Source: Nanobdellota archaeon (lineage in GTDB: Archaea; Nanobdellota; Nanobdellia; SCGC-AAA011-G17; JAGVZF01). From it: 64,000 nucleotides of DNA. Where the stretch lies: contig JBBSWI010000019.1 in the NCBI GenBank assembly GCA_038046405.1, positions 10,530 through 74,529 of the forward strand, in the 5' to 3' direction. The translations under genes and the position numbers were made by a program. A model generated the notes under the pieces. The model did no database searches. It worked only from the letters and a program-made list of their open reading frames with translations, and was not told the origin of the DNA. Positions 30,495-41,461 of the stretch are shown one piece after another; position 1 is the first letter of the stretch, and each line of letters opens with the position of its first letter.

Positions 30495-32597
30495 TTATGT
30501 ATTAATCGAAGATGGAGTCTTATTACCATTAACATCTATTTCACAAGTAGCGCCATCACAAAATTTTTCAATTGCTTTTTCAGATAGGCCGATTTTGCTA
30601 AAATCAATCGGTTTTAATTTTGAAGCCATTTCCTTGTATTGTTCTTGACTTATTGCTTCATAAATCATCTGTTCATAAGCGCCATTTTTGGTTCTTGGCA
30701 AGAAACTAATGCCCTTTAGCTTATACTGGAAGTAATTTAATGCGTTAGCTATCTGTTTGCCTTCTGTTTCCGGATCAAACGTCACAGTGCAGCTTACTTG
30801 ATTATCTGCCCAGTGCTCTTGTAAGAATGCGGCCAAACTTAATTGTTCCCACATACTAACCTCTTTAGCGCTTCTTATCCCACGACCAATATGTATCGGG
30901 AATTGGACTAAAGAGCTGCTCGAATCATATTTTGCGTCTTCTATAATATACCCAGCATCTTTTAGTGGTTTTATTAGTTGGCTGTCTTTAGCTAATGTAA
31001 ACCTTCGTATGTAATACTCACTTTCTGGATAATGCATTCCAGGAGTTGCTCCTGTCAATAAACTTACACTTCCGGAAGGCTTTATGGATGTCGTTTTAAT
31101 TGATTTTGGAATAGTCAACCAGTCGCTGTAAATATCGTCATACCTCTGGATGGTTTTGTACGCCTCTTCACTCCATTTTATTAATTCGTCAAGACCTCTT
31201 TCAGTAATAAATTGGGCTATCCCGCTCATGCTATTGCCTATCCTTCTGTTTCTTAATAAAACTCTGTTCGTTTGTGGCCAATGAGTCTCTCCAAGTGTTA
31301 CAGTCTTTGCATACAAGTATGAGAATTTTTGTGTCCTCACAAAATCTTCCAGACTTTTATGCTTAAATGGAAAAGTTTCTACTAAGCAACATAATTCATA
31401 ACTTTCAAGGGATTGTTCTAAGCACGGATTTCCGCCGGCGACCCGGTGGTCTTTAAAATTTTTCCCATTCTTAATTCTTCCATAGGCCCTCATATTCTCA
31501 AGCCAAGCAATCCCAGGTTCGCCGTTGATTAATATTCTTCTCTCGATTTCGCTATAATCCATGCCTAAAGTTGCAAAAACAGAATTATTGCTGGCCCACC
31601 CATATCCTTCTCTTTCAGGATTCTTCTCTTTGTAGTTCTTCAAATCAAGGAATTCTTCATCATTCGGATCACCAAATGCTATCTCTGCAGTTCTTCTAAC
31701 ATTTCCGGCAACCACACATTTGCCAATCAAATTTTGAATGTCTACTATTGTTCTTGATGTAATTGGACTCAAGGCGTTTTTTTCCAATACATCTCTTATT
31801 TTTTCGTGAGCCTCTCTCAAAGGTTCTGGACCAGAAGACAAGCCCCCAAAACCTTTTATCAGTTCACCCCTTTTCCTGATTAAATCATATTCAAATCTAA
31901 CCTCTGGAGAGCCTGTAAAATAGCTATCTATTAGCATACCAACAGAGTCTACCCATCCCTCTCTAGAATCAGGGATATTATATGGCTCTATTCTTCTTCT
32001 ACGATCAGGAGACCTAACCATTATCGATCTTGCTCCAACAGTATCAAAACCAACACCGACTCCTAACATTGATGCATCCATCAGAAATTTAAATGGTTCT
32101 GACAAATCTTCCTTAAGATTAATAGTAGACACAAATGCACAGTTATTAAGCGCAGCATATAAGCCTCTTTCTTCAGTTATCGGGCTGCCCATAGCCCATA
32201 ATCCTCTTCCTGGCGGCAAAAATTTCATATGAAACATTCTATCATACATTTCTTGTGCACTATCCTGCCCTTTTTCATCATCCCAACTAAGGCCTCTTTC
32301 TTGTATCCATCTTTTTTGCATGTTATATGTGCCGTTAACAACCCTTTCTACAGTTTCATACCATCTTTCATTTCTCTCTGCGCCATTATCAGAAATGGGT
32401 CTAGAATAAGTCCTCAAGTAAACTATCTCGCCTAAACCATTAAATCCAAAAGGAGCAACAACATTCTTATACTTACTTACAAAAGAATCTCTTAACATAA
32501 ATGGTTTATAATGCGGATCTTTTAATCTTTCTTGTATCTTTTCTAATAATCTATTGTTCGTGCTTGTTTCATAATCTCTTATAGATGCAATTGTCAT
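30495..32597 (-). CDS. nrdJ: Class II (adenosylcobalamin-dependent) ribonucleotide reductase
   Basis: 700 aa with the active-site NPCLEQSL (NPC Cys) and overall class II architecture. Confidence 0.8.
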   Translation of the reverse strand: MTIASIRDYETSTNNRLLEKIQERLKDPHYKPFMLRDSFVSKYKNVVAPFGFNGLGEIVYLRTYSRPISDNGAERNERWYETVERVVNGTYNMQKRWIQERGLSWDDEKGQDSAQEMYDRMFHMKFLPPGRGLWAMGSPITEERGLYAALNNCAFVSTINLKEDLSEPFKFLMDASMLGVGVGFDTVGARSIMVRSPDRRRRIEPYNIPDSREGWVDSVGMLIDSYFTGSPEVRFEYDLIRKRGELIKGFGGLSSGPEPLREAHEKIRDVLEKNALSPITSRTIVDIQNLIGKCVVAGNVRRTAEIAFGDPNDEEFLDLKNYKEKNPEREGYGWASNNSVFATLGMDYSEIERRILINGEPGIAWLENMRAYGRIKNGKNFKDHRVAGGNPCLEQSLESYELCCLVETFPFKHKSLEDFVRTQKFSYLYAKTVTLGETHWPQTNRVLLRNRRIGNSMSGIAQFITERGLDELIKWSEEAYKTIQRYDDIYSDWLTIPKSIKTTSIKPSGSVSLLTGATPGMHYPESEYYIRRFTLAKDSQLIKPLKDAGYIIEDAKYDSSSSLVQFPIHIGRGIRSAKEVSMWEQLSLAAFLQEHWADNQVSCTVTFDPETEGKQIANALNYFQYKLKGISFLPRTKNGAYEQMIYEAISQEQYKEMASKLKPIDFSKIGLSEKAIEKFCDGATCEIDVNGNKTPSSINT

Positions 32598-32608
32598 AGT
32601 CTATCACC

Positions 32609-33067
32609 CTATTTCTTTGTCAAATCCTTTAGCTCTTTCTCGAATGAGCTTAAGTCCGTAAATTCTCTGTAAACAGATGCAAATCTTATGTAAGCGACTT
32701 TGTCAGTTTCCTTTAGCTTTTTCATAACAATTTCTCCAATAAAACTGCTTTCGACTTCGCTTGATTTTTGATTTCTTGCCTCATTTTCAATTTCATCAAC
32801 CATTTGGTCAATTAAGTCATTGCTGACAGGTCGTTTTTCGCAGGCCTTTAGTATCCCGCCCATAAGCTTGTCCCTGCTAAAGTGTTCTCTGCTTTTATCC
32901 TTTTTTATTATTATCAGTGGAACTGCTTCAAGTCTTTCATGTGTGGTAAAGCGTTTTCTGCACTTCAGGCACTCACGCCTTCTTCTTGTGATATGTAGCT
33001 TGCTTTCTCTCTTGTCAACTACCCTAGTACTAGTGTTCTTGCAAAATGGACATATCATATTAACCAC
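32609..33067 (-). CDS. nrdR: NrdR transcriptional repressor (Zn ribbon + ATP-cone)
   Basis: MICPFCKNTSTRVVDKR...ECLKCRKRFTTHE zinc ribbon followed by an ATP-cone region. It sits directly upstream of nrdJ on the same strand. Confidence 0.8.
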   Translation of the reverse strand: MVNMICPFCKNTSTRVVDKRESKLHITRRRRECLKCRKRFTTHERLEAVPLIIIKKDKSREHFSRDKLMGGILKACEKRPVSNDLIDQMVDEIENEARNQKSSEVESSFIGEIVMKKLKETDKVAYIRFASVYREFTDLSSFEKELKDLTKK

Positions 33068-33179
33068 AATATATTGTGTTTCTAACTAATTTTATACACA
33101 ATAAGTTGTATCAGAACTCTTATCTTATATTTAAGTACTTTGCAACTAAAAAATATAATTATTGAAATATATTCTAGGA

Positions 33180-33782
33180 TTATACTCTTAAAGTCTCCTT
33201 TACAATCATATTCCAGTTTTTCTGGCTCTTTTTCGGCAGGGCAATAAACCGGGTTTTACTGTTTGCAGAAAGTAATATTCGAGATGTTTTAAGGTAGTTT
33301 TTGAGCAGTTTGTCTATTTCTTCTCTGAACGTTTCGTTTTTAGACCGGTACTTATCTTTAGTGTCAAATTTTTTGCTTATTATCGGAACATAAAATATAT
33401 AGTCATAAGGCGATTTTTCAAAATGGTCCTTTATCATAGTAGTATAACTCTTGATTTTTTTGTCGAGTTCAGATTTCTTTGTTTTTGAATTTTTAAGCAC
33501 CCTTATTAAATAAACGAAGTTGTCAATTACGCTCCTGTCACATATCAAAATATCGTATTTTCTAGAATAGTGATTCTCAAGAGATATCTGCTTTTTTAAT
33601 ATCATATTCTGGGATTTTTCATTAGAATTTTCATTAATTTTGTAGCCCATATCAGCTATCATTCTCGCTGCTTCTGGCAGCATTTCAACAGAATTTCCTT
33701 CTTTTTTCAAATGCCCTGCCAATGTCCAGGCCAATCCGGTTTTTCCAACCCCATGCGTGCCTATAAATGTTATTTTCATCAA
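33180..33782 (-). CDS. P-loop NTPase (NadR/AAA_28-like putative kinase)
   Basis: Walker A ITFIGTHGVGKTGLA and a Walker B-like ILICDRS. Confidence 0.4.
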   Translation of the reverse strand: MMKITFIGTHGVGKTGLAWTLAGHLKKEGNSVEMLPEAARMIADMGYKINENSNEKSQNMILKKQISLENHYSRKYDILICDRSVIDNFVYLIRVLKNSKTKKSELDKKIKSYTTMIKDHFEKSPYDYIFYVPIISKKFDTKDKYRSKNETFREEIDKLLKNYLKTSRILLSANSKTRFIALPKKSQKNWNMIVKETLRV

Positions 33783-33864
33783 GTATTTAAAATACGAATA
33801 GTATTTAAATCATTTCGCTTTGCAGAATTTTATTTTATAACATATATATTAAATAAAATACAAA

Positions 33865-34188
33865 ATGAGAATTTTCAAAGACAAAAAAATAATCTTTGAA
33901 AATTCAAGATTTGTTGGCAGTTCTGGATTAATGTTCAGGAAAAAACCTGCTTTGAATGAAGCAGTTATACTAAAATGCCCAGGCAATTCAAGGCTATTTT
34001 CAATGATACACATGCTTTTCGTGTTTTTTCCGATATATATTATCTGGCTTGACAAACAAAAAAATATAGTGGACATTAAAAAAGCGTATCCATTTCAGCC
34101 GTTTTTAGTGCCTAGACATCCCGCTTACTATGTAATAGAATGCATAAAACTTCCAGAAATTAGAATAAACGACAGGTTAGAATTTTAG
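33865..34188 (+). CDS. DUF192/COG1430-like small conserved protein
   Basis: 107 aa, with the pattern GLMFRKKP...IWLDKQKNIVDIKKA...P. Confidence 0.45.
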   Translation: MRIFKDKKIIFENSRFVGSSGLMFRKKPALNEAVILKCPGNSRLFSMIHMLFVFFPIYIIWLDKQKNIVDIKKAYPFQPFLVPRHPAYYVIECIKLPEIRINDRLEF

Positions 34189-34225
34189 AAAACCTTATAA
34201 AACAATCATCATGCCTTATTGAAAA

Positions 34226-35563
34226 ATGAGCATTGAATTTTTTGCTATTGGCGGTTTTGAGGAAGTTGGCAAGAATATGTGTGCCTTGAAAATTGACAGT
34301 GATGTAATAATCCTGGACATGGGATTGTTTATTCCAAGGCTTCTTGACATAGAGGAAGAAAATTCAGCAAAAGAATACTTAACTAGGGAACGCCTGATAA
34401 AATTAGGCGCTGTTGCGGATGATTCAGTTCTTGACAACTATAAGGACAATGTTAAGGCAATAATCATCGGGCATTGCCATCTAGACCATTCGGGCGCTGC
34501 GCCGTATTTGGCTCCGCGCTATAGATGCCCAATCTATGGGTCTCCTTTTACTATAGAAGTGCTAAAAAATACCCTGAATGACGACCATATTAAAATTCCA
34601 AATGAGCTTAGAGCAATTAATCCAGGATCCTGGTTTAATCTCACGAAAGACATAAGCATAGAATTCATCAATATTACGCACTCAACAATACAAACAGTAG
34701 TAGTTGCAATCTCGACAAAATATGGCATCGTGGTTTATGCAAATGATTTCAAGCTGGACAACCATCCGGTTGTGGGAAAAAAGCCAGACTATCCGAGACT
34801 TAAAGCTCTTGGGGATAGCAAGAAAGTGCTTGCCCTGATTTCAGACGCATTATATGCTTCAGAAGAGAAAAAAACCCCGAGCGAGAAAGTCGCTAGGGAA
34901 ATGCTATCTGATGTCTTGCTTGGAACCGATAATAAAGGCCATGCTATTTTAGTGACTACTTTCGCTTCACATATCGCGAGGCTGAAAAGTATTATAGACT
35001 TAGGACAAGAGCTTGACAGAAAAGTGGTTTTTATGGGACGGAGTCTGAAAAAATATGTAAACTCTGCAGAAAATCTCAAGCTAGTGTATTTCAAGAATAA
35101 AATAAAGTTATTGCCTTACAGGAATCAAATAAAAAAGGCATTGAAGATTATTGAAAAAAATCGCGGAAAATACTTAATAGCGTGCACCGGAAATCAGGGC
35201 GAGCCAAATTCTGTGTTAGTCAGGATAGCAAATGGCGAATACGCCTTCAAGTTTATTCCAGAAGACCATGTGATATTTTCTTCTAGAACAATTCCGGCTC
35301 CAGAAAATATAGAAAACCGTGCCAAGCTAGAAACTAATTTAAAAAACAAGAAAGTAAGGATATTTAAAGACATTCATGTTTCTGGGCATGCTGCAAAAGA
35401 AGACTTAAGAGACTTCATAGACATACTAAAGCCAAAGCATATAATTCCAATCCAAGGCACACTAGAAATATTAGAGGGGCTTTCAAAATTAGCAGAGGAA
35501 ATGGGGTATAAAGACGAGAATATACACCTTCTTAATGACTCGGCAGTCATAGAATTATATTAG
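34226..35563 (+). CDS. Archaeal RNase J-like beta-CASP metallo-beta-lactamase ribonuclease
   Basis: HCHLDHSGAAPYL (HxHxDH) and beta-CASP region. The 445-aa length matches aRNase J. Confidence 0.75.
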   Translation: MSIEFFAIGGFEEVGKNMCALKIDSDVIILDMGLFIPRLLDIEEENSAKEYLTRERLIKLGAVADDSVLDNYKDNVKAIIIGHCHLDHSGAAPYLAPRYRCPIYGSPFTIEVLKNTLNDDHIKIPNELRAINPGSWFNLTKDISIEFINITHSTIQTVVVAISTKYGIVVYANDFKLDNHPVVGKKPDYPRLKALGDSKKVLALISDALYASEEKKTPSEKVAREMLSDVLLGTDNKGHAILVTTFASHIARLKSIIDLGQELDRKVVFMGRSLKKYVNSAENLKLVYFKNKIKLLPYRNQIKKALKIIEKNRGKYLIACTGNQGEPNSVLVRIANGEYAFKFIPEDHVIFSSRTIPAPENIENRAKLETNLKNKKVRIFKDIHVSGHAAKEDLRDFIDILKPKHIIPIQGTLEILEGLSKLAEEMGYKDENIHLLNDSAVIELY

Positions 35564-35597
35564 CAAACAATTTATACTTTTTTAATATCGTATAATC

Positions 35598-36833
35598 ATG
35601 AAATTCGCACATTTGGCTGATTGCCATATCGGCTCTTGGAGAGATCCTAAACTGCGCGAATTAGGGATAAAAAGTTTTGAGAAAGCAATTGAAATATGCA
35701 TAAATCAGAACGTCGCGTTTATTTTGATAAGCGGCGATTTATTTAACACTTCCTTGCCGTCAATAGACTTAATTAAGGAAACTGCTTCTATATTACAGAA
35801 GGCTAAAAATAAGGACATCTCGGTTTATATAATTCCAGGAAGCCACGACTACAGTCCAAGCAACAAAACAATAATTGATGTTTTTGAAAAAGCCGGATTA
35901 TTGGATAACGTTGCCAAATTTGAAGAAAAAAACAACAAGATTACTCTGAATTTTACAACAGACAAGACTAACACAAAAATAACTGGCGTATACGGAAAAA
36001 GAGCCGGGCTTGACAGGTTTGTCTACCAAAAACTTGAAAAAAATACCTTGGAACAAGAGCCGGGACTGAAGATATTTATGTTTCATTGCGGGATTAATGA
36101 ATTCAAGACTGTCGCATTTGAAAAGATCGACTTCGAATCGTTGAATTCCTTCCCAAAAAACTTCGATTATTATGCAGGAGGCCATATGCACTGCATTTAT
36201 GACAAAAAGATTCCGGGATATGGGCTATTTGTCTATCCAGGGCCTTTATTCCCAAACAATTTTGAAGAGGTCGAGACATTAAAGAACGGCAATTTTGTCA
36301 TTGCGGATGTAGATGAGAACAAGCAAATCAGCATAAAGAGAATCCCGATAAATTTTTATGAGGTATCATGCCTAAACATAGATGTCGATAATTTATCTAG
36401 TTTGGAGGCTAATTCTAAAATCAACTCAACTCTTAAACGCATAAATCCAGAAAACAAAATCATCACCTTAAGGATTGAAGGCACCCTGAAATCAGGAAAA
36501 ATAAGCGACATAGAGTTCAAGGAAATCTATAATACACTACAAGGAGCCTATGCGGTGTTGAAGAACACGAATAAGCTTTCAACCAAAGAATTTGAGTCTA
36601 TAAAAGTCGAAACGGGCTCATTGTCAGAGGTGGAATCCAGGTTGATAAGCTCCAGTCTAGGGGATTTGCAATTAAAGGGTATTACAAAAGAAAAAGAGTC
36701 TATTTTGATTAGTGACTTAATCAGCGCGCTTTCCATAGAGAAAGACGAAGCAGAGAAAACCTTTGAGTTTGAGTCTAGAATAGTATCTTCGGGAATTAAG
36801 ATATTGAACATAAATGCAATATTTGAAAAATGA
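35598..36833 (+). CDS. mre11: Mre11 double-strand-break repair nuclease
   Basis: MKFAHLADCHIG, GDLFN, PGSHD and GGHMH phosphoesterase motifs. Confidence 0.85.
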   Translation: MKFAHLADCHIGSWRDPKLRELGIKSFEKAIEICINQNVAFILISGDLFNTSLPSIDLIKETASILQKAKNKDISVYIIPGSHDYSPSNKTIIDVFEKAGLLDNVAKFEEKNNKITLNFTTDKTNTKITGVYGKRAGLDRFVYQKLEKNTLEQEPGLKIFMFHCGINEFKTVAFEKIDFESLNSFPKNFDYYAGGHMHCIYDKKIPGYGLFVYPGPLFPNNFEEVETLKNGNFVIADVDENKQISIKRIPINFYEVSCLNIDVDNLSSLEANSKINSTLKRINPENKIITLRIEGTLKSGKISDIEFKEIYNTLQGAYAVLKNTNKLSTKEFESIKVETGSLSEVESRLISSSLGDLQLKGITKEKESILISDLISALSIEKDEAEKTFEFESRIVSSGIKILNINAIFEK

Positions 36834-38884
36834 TAATAAAAAAGATAAAGCTGGAAAACATCAGGAGTTACATAAACCAAGAACTCGAGTTTCCGGAAGG
36901 CTCTATATTGCTTTCTGGCGATGTTGGATCAGGAAAAAGCACAATACTTCTTGCTGTTGAATTTGCACTTTTTGGAATAAGCAAGGGCTATTTGTCTGGA
37001 AGCTCCCTCCTCAGGAACGGAAAAGACAAAGGATCTGTCACACTAAACTTAAAAATCAATAATAAAGATGTCTCAATAAGAAGGACACTTAAAAGAATCG
37101 GTGAAAATGTTTCGCAGGATTCCGGGTTCATAATAATAGACGGCAAGAGATATGATCTGAGCGCCATGGAATTAAGGCAAGCAATCCTCGAGCTGTTAAA
37201 TTATCCTAGGGAGTCATTGACGAAGTCAAAATCCCTTATTTTTAGATATACTGTATACACGCCCCAAGAGGAAATGAAACATATCTTGATTAGTGACAAT
37301 GATACGAGGCTAGACATATTAAGAAAGGTTTTTGGCATAGACAAATACAAACTGATTAAAGACAATGCAAAAATATTACTGGCTTATTTCAAGGAGAAAA
37401 GAAAAGAATACGAAGCCATGACATCATCATTGCCAGAAAAAGAACTGGAAATATCAAATACAAAAGATTCAATTTCTAAACTAGAAAAAGAATTTAACGA
37501 AATATATCCTATACTGGACGCTACAAAGAAAAAATTAGCTAGTAAGGCAAATGAACTGAATAACATAGAATCAAATATAAAACAATACAACAATATTAAA
37601 AATGAGCTTGGAATAGTAGCATATACTCTAAAAGAAAAACAAAATGATTTGTTAAGAACCGAGTCGGACATTAATCTAGCAATTGCTTCTATCGAAGATG
37701 TTGAAAAAATTGACATAAGTTATTTTGAGAAAATTAAATTAGACCTATCTGAAAAACAAAATAATCTAGCCGCTGTAGAAAACTCGCTTAAGGAAATATC
37801 TTACAATATTTCGGTATGTGATGTAAATATAAAGAACTCTGAAAAAGTAAGGAAAGATATCTTTTCGTTAGACAAATGTCCGCTATGCAAACAGGATGTC
37901 ACAGAATCCCATAAAAGCCATATAATCAAGATAGAGGAAGATAAGATACTAATGTATGAAAATGAAAAAAGTGTTATTATCAAAAAAGAAACCTCATTTA
38001 AATCAGACTTGCAAGGCATAAAAAAATCTATATCCGAACTGGAAAAGAGACTCTTTGATTTTAAATTGGCAGAAATAAAGATAAAAAACAATAAAGATAA
38101 AAAACATCACATATCAAGAATTTCAGGTCATATTTCAGAATTAAAACTGTCTATCAGCAAGTTATTAGGCAAACAACACGAGCTCGAAACAAGCCTTTCG
38201 AAGATGAAAGACAACGAATCTGAGTACAACTCAATAAAAAAAGAGATAGAAAACCTTTACAGTGATAATACTAATCTAGAAGTGCAAATCTCTGTCATAA
38301 AATCAAAAATATTCCATTTTGAGTCCATACTTGAAAAATTAGAAAAAGAGATAGAAAAACAGTCTTTAATAAAAAACAAGCTTTATGATTTGATAACCTT
38401 GCAGAATTGGCTCGACTCATCCTTCATAAATTTAGTGGTGAACATAGAAAAGCACATGATGTTAAAGATAAACGCAGATTTCAATCAATTGTTCGATAGG
38501 TGGTTCAAGATTTTAATGGATTCAGAAAATATAAGTATAAGGCTAGATGAAAATTTTTCGCCGTTAATAGACCAAAACGGCTTCAACATAGAATATGAAA
38601 ATCTTTCTGGCGGGGAAAAAACTGCTGCTGCCCTTGCTTACAGGCTTGCATTAAATCAGGTAATAAACACATTAGTCTCATCAATAAATACCCGGGATTT
38701 GATAATATTGGATGAGCCTACCGATGGATTTAGCGAAGATCAGCTTGATAGGATAAGACTTGTCCTCAACGAACTAAACACAAGGCAAACAATAATTGTA
38801 AGCCACGAATCAAAGATTGAAAGCTTTGTAGACACAATAATCAAGCTCAACAAAGAAAACAATATCAGCCAAATAATTCCATGA
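36830..38884 (+). CDS. rad50: Rad50 SMC-like ATPase
   Basis: Walker A GDVGSGKST, long coiled coils, zinc hook CPLCKQ, signature LSGGEK, and D-loop ILDEPTDG. Confidence 0.85.
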   Translation: MIIKKIKLENIRSYINQELEFPEGSILLSGDVGSGKSTILLAVEFALFGISKGYLSGSSLLRNGKDKGSVTLNLKINNKDVSIRRTLKRIGENVSQDSGFIIIDGKRYDLSAMELRQAILELLNYPRESLTKSKSLIFRYTVYTPQEEMKHILISDNDTRLDILRKVFGIDKYKLIKDNAKILLAYFKEKRKEYEAMTSSLPEKELEISNTKDSISKLEKEFNEIYPILDATKKKLASKANELNNIESNIKQYNNIKNELGIVAYTLKEKQNDLLRTESDINLAIASIEDVEKIDISYFEKIKLDLSEKQNNLAAVENSLKEISYNISVCDVNIKNSEKVRKDIFSLDKCPLCKQDVTESHKSHIIKIEEDKILMYENEKSVIIKKETSFKSDLQGIKKSISELEKRLFDFKLAEIKIKNNKDKKHHISRISGHISELKLSISKLLGKQHELETSLSKMKDNESEYNSIKKEIENLYSDNTNLEVQISVIKSKIFHFESILEKLEKEIEKQSLIKNKLYDLITLQNWLDSSFINLVVNIEKHMMLKINADFNQLFDRWFKILMDSENISIRLDENFSPLIDQNGFNIEYENLSGGEKTAAALAYRLALNQVINTLVSSINTRDLIILDEPTDGFSEDQLDRIRLVLNELNTRQTIIVSHESKIESFVDTIIKLNKENNISQIIP

Positions 38885-39496
38885 TTAATTTTTCCACTCA
38901 ACTAACTTTCCGACATCGATTTCTAGCTTGCCAGATTTTCTGAGTTTTGCTGCCTGTGATTTATTTATTAGTTTTATGTGGGGCATCTTAAACAAATCTT
39001 TGTAGATATACCAAACATCATCTTCAGAAGTCATCCATCCATATTTATCGTACCTTGACAAGTCAATAGGCATGGTATAAGACCTCAGATTTTTGTTTCC
39101 ATAGTCATCATAATATTCATGGAAGTATGACATTATTAACTCTCTAACAGACTTGTAAACAGGATCCCTATACCTAAGCATATAGTGGTTTGTCTTGGAA
39201 ATTGCTCCCCAATACCCATTTTCCTTGAACACGGCAATCACATGGTCTTGGTCATATCTGGCCGTCGTCAAATCTACTATCAATGATCTATGCCCATTAA
39301 CTCTTAATGCGGCTGCCGCAAGCAGAGCGCCTTCAAAACAATGGGCCTTTCTTAATTTCAATACTTTTCTAGGGGAGAAGCATGTTTCACCATTTTCCTC
39401 AAAATTGATTTTTAAACTATCCAGGAAATCCTGTATTTTCTTTGGAGTGTTAATGCTATTCAGGAGTTTTATTTCTTCTTCTGTAAAGCCGTACAT
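38885..39496 (-). CDS. Transglutaminase-like (papain-fold) cysteine peptidase domain protein
   Basis: The Cys in KAHCFEGALLAAAALRVNGHRSLIV resembles the transglutaminase-core GxCxxfA...R.GiPaR pattern. His is in DQDHVIAVF. Confidence 0.4.
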   Translation of the reverse strand: MYGFTEEEIKLLNSINTPKKIQDFLDSLKINFEENGETCFSPRKVLKLRKAHCFEGALLAAAALRVNGHRSLIVDLTTARYDQDHVIAVFKENGYWGAISKTNHYMLRYRDPVYKSVRELIMSYFHEYYDDYGNKNLRSYTMPIDLSRYDKYGWMTSEDDVWYIYKDLFKMPHIKLINKSQAAKLRKSGKLEIDVGKLVEWKN

Positions 39497-39543
39497 AAAT
39501 TTGCTGGAGAATTTATTTAATTATAAACCTTATGAAAAACAAA

Positions 39544-40674
39544 TTAATCAACGAAATCAATGCCCAATTCTTCTTCCATCTGGGACCTTTTCTTGCCTGA
39601 AGATTTGGTTCTTCTGCTTCCGAATATCTGCGGGCTATTGACACCAGTAACAATTAGCATTGCCCTTATTGTTTTTTCTAAATCTTCAGAAATCTGCGCG
39701 CCCCAAATTATTTTTGCGTCTTCATCAAGTTTCATGGAAACAGTCTCAACTACTTTTCTTGCCTCATCTAAGGTCATATCTGGACCACCAGCAACATTGA
39801 TCAAAGCCCCATTAGCCCCAGAAATATCCACATCCAGTAAAGGATTTGTTATGGCCTTTTCTACAGCTTCTATAGCCCTGTTTTCAGTATCGCTCTCCCC
39901 AACACCTATCATGGCTACTCCACCTTTATCCATCACCGCCCTGATGTCTGCAAAATCAAGATTGACTAGTCCTGGTTTTGTGACTAGTTCTGCGATGCCT
40001 TTGACGGCATTTGTCAATATTTCATCTGCTACTTTAAATGCAGTATGCAATGGCAAGTCAGGCGCTAATTCAAGCAATTTATCATTAGGTATAACTATCA
40101 ATGTATCCACAATGTTCTCTAGTTTTTCAAGCCCCATTATGGCATTTTCATATCTTCTATGGCCTTCCATGCTGAAAGGCACAGTAACAATCGCGACAGT
40201 TAAGGCTCCAAGCTTTTTTGCAATCTCTGCCACAACAGGAGCACTTCCAGTTCCTGTCCCCCCACCGAGGCCAGCCGTGATAAATACCATATCCGCCCCC
40301 TGCAATTTCTGCCTTATGTCATGCTCGCTTTCACGTGCAGCTTCCTCGCCTACTTGAGGAATGCTTCCGGCCCCCAGGCCTTTGGTTATCTCTTTTCCAA
40401 TAAGAATTTTAGTATGGGCATTGGTGTAAAGCAAATCTTGAGCATCAGTATTAATCGCAATGGTCTCGCTGCCAGCAATCCCTACTTCAGAAATTCTGTT
40501 TATTGTATTGTTCCCACCGCCGCCACATCCAATGACTTTGATCTTGGCTTTCTGCAGCGCAATTAACTGTTCCAATTCTTCATCAATCTCACTTGTCTTC
40601 TGCGGAGTTCTTTTAAGACTCACATCAACACCAGAATTTCTTCTTGCAACATCTCTTATTATTGTATCAACCAT
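39544..40674 (-). CDS. ftsZ: Cell division GTPase FtsZ
   Basis: GCGGGGNN and the tubulin signature [20 protein letters not shown]. Confidence 0.9.
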   Translation of the reverse strand: MVDTIIRDVARRNSGVDVSLKRTPQKTSEIDEELEQLIALQKAKIKVIGCGGGGNNTINRISEVGIAGSETIAINTDAQDLLYTNAHTKILIGKEITKGLGAGSIPQVGEEAARESEHDIRQKLQGADMVFITAGLGGGTGTGSAPVVAEIAKKLGALTVAIVTVPFSMEGHRRYENAIMGLEKLENIVDTLIVIPNDKLLELAPDLPLHTAFKVADEILTNAVKGIAELVTKPGLVNLDFADIRAVMDKGGVAMIGVGESDTENRAIEAVEKAITNPLLDVDISGANGALINVAGGPDMTLDEARKVVETVSMKLDEDAKIIWGAQISEDLEKTIRAMLIVTGVNSPQIFGSRRTKSSGKKRSQMEEELGIDFVD

Positions 40675-40726
40675 TTCTATAGCACCTTATTTCAACAGAT
40701 TTGACTAAGCTTATATTTAAATTTAA

Positions 40727-41410
40727 TTATTCTTCAGTAGTTGTTTTTTCGAACACTAATTCTACCGATTTCAGATCTGGAACCAACTCTTTTATCTTTT
40801 TTTCTATATCTTTTAATGCATTAGCTTCTATATGCTCTGGCATCTTGAGCTTTATTTTAATTGAACTATCCTCATTTTTTATTAATTCATACTTAGTTTC
40901 ATCTATATAGAACTTGAAATTAAGCAGGCTTTTTAATTTCTCTTCAATAGAGTCTATTTTCCTTATTATATTGACTTCATATTCCAGTTCTCTGCCAGCA
41001 AGAGGATGGTTAAAGTCAACAACGCATCTTCCGCCAGACACACTTCTTACCGTGCCGATAAGTCCATCTATATCAACTTGAAGCCCTGGAAATGGGTTTA
41101 TGTTCTGCTTTAAGAAAACATTCAGGTTTACAATCCGTATTAGCTTCGGATTCTTCTTGCCAAAACCATCTTCAGGTTTAATTTCAAATTTATACTTTCC
41201 AAGACTTTTTCCTTCTAGCTGATTGTCAAGTCCATGGATCAAGAAGTTTTCACCTATGCAAATGATGACTGGCCCATATTTCCTATGTTCATCATACAAA
41301 TTATTTTCTTTTGCAAGATTTTCATCAGTCAGGTCAAATATTTGGCCAATGTTTTTTAGCTTTCCAGTATATTCTATTTCCACAAAATCATGTTTTTTTA
41401 TCATTTCCAT
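40727..41410 (-). CDS. FKBP-type peptidyl-prolyl cis-trans isomerase (long archaeal type)
   Basis: FVEIEYTGKL...GQIFD and IHGLDNQLEGKSLGKYKFEIKPEDGFG. Confidence 0.8.
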   Translation of the reverse strand: MEMIKKHDFVEIEYTGKLKNIGQIFDLTDENLAKENNLYDEHRKYGPVIICIGENFLIHGLDNQLEGKSLGKYKFEIKPEDGFGKKNPKLIRIVNLNVFLKQNINPFPGLQVDIDGLIGTVRSVSGGRCVVDFNHPLAGRELEYEVNIIRKIDSIEEKLKSLLNFKFYIDETKYELIKNEDSSIKIKLKMPEHIEANALKDIEKKIKELVPDLKSVELVFEKTTTEE

Positions 41411-41461
41411 AAATAACCTTGAAACTGCACATTTTTTAAAGTTTTTTATTATTTTAATTGC

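Noticed and set aside
39560-40357. 265-aa plus-strand ORF antisense to ftsZ
   Set aside because: ftsZ on the minus strand has the unmistakable tubulin signature, so the plus-strand ORF is an Ala/Ser-rich mirror frame.
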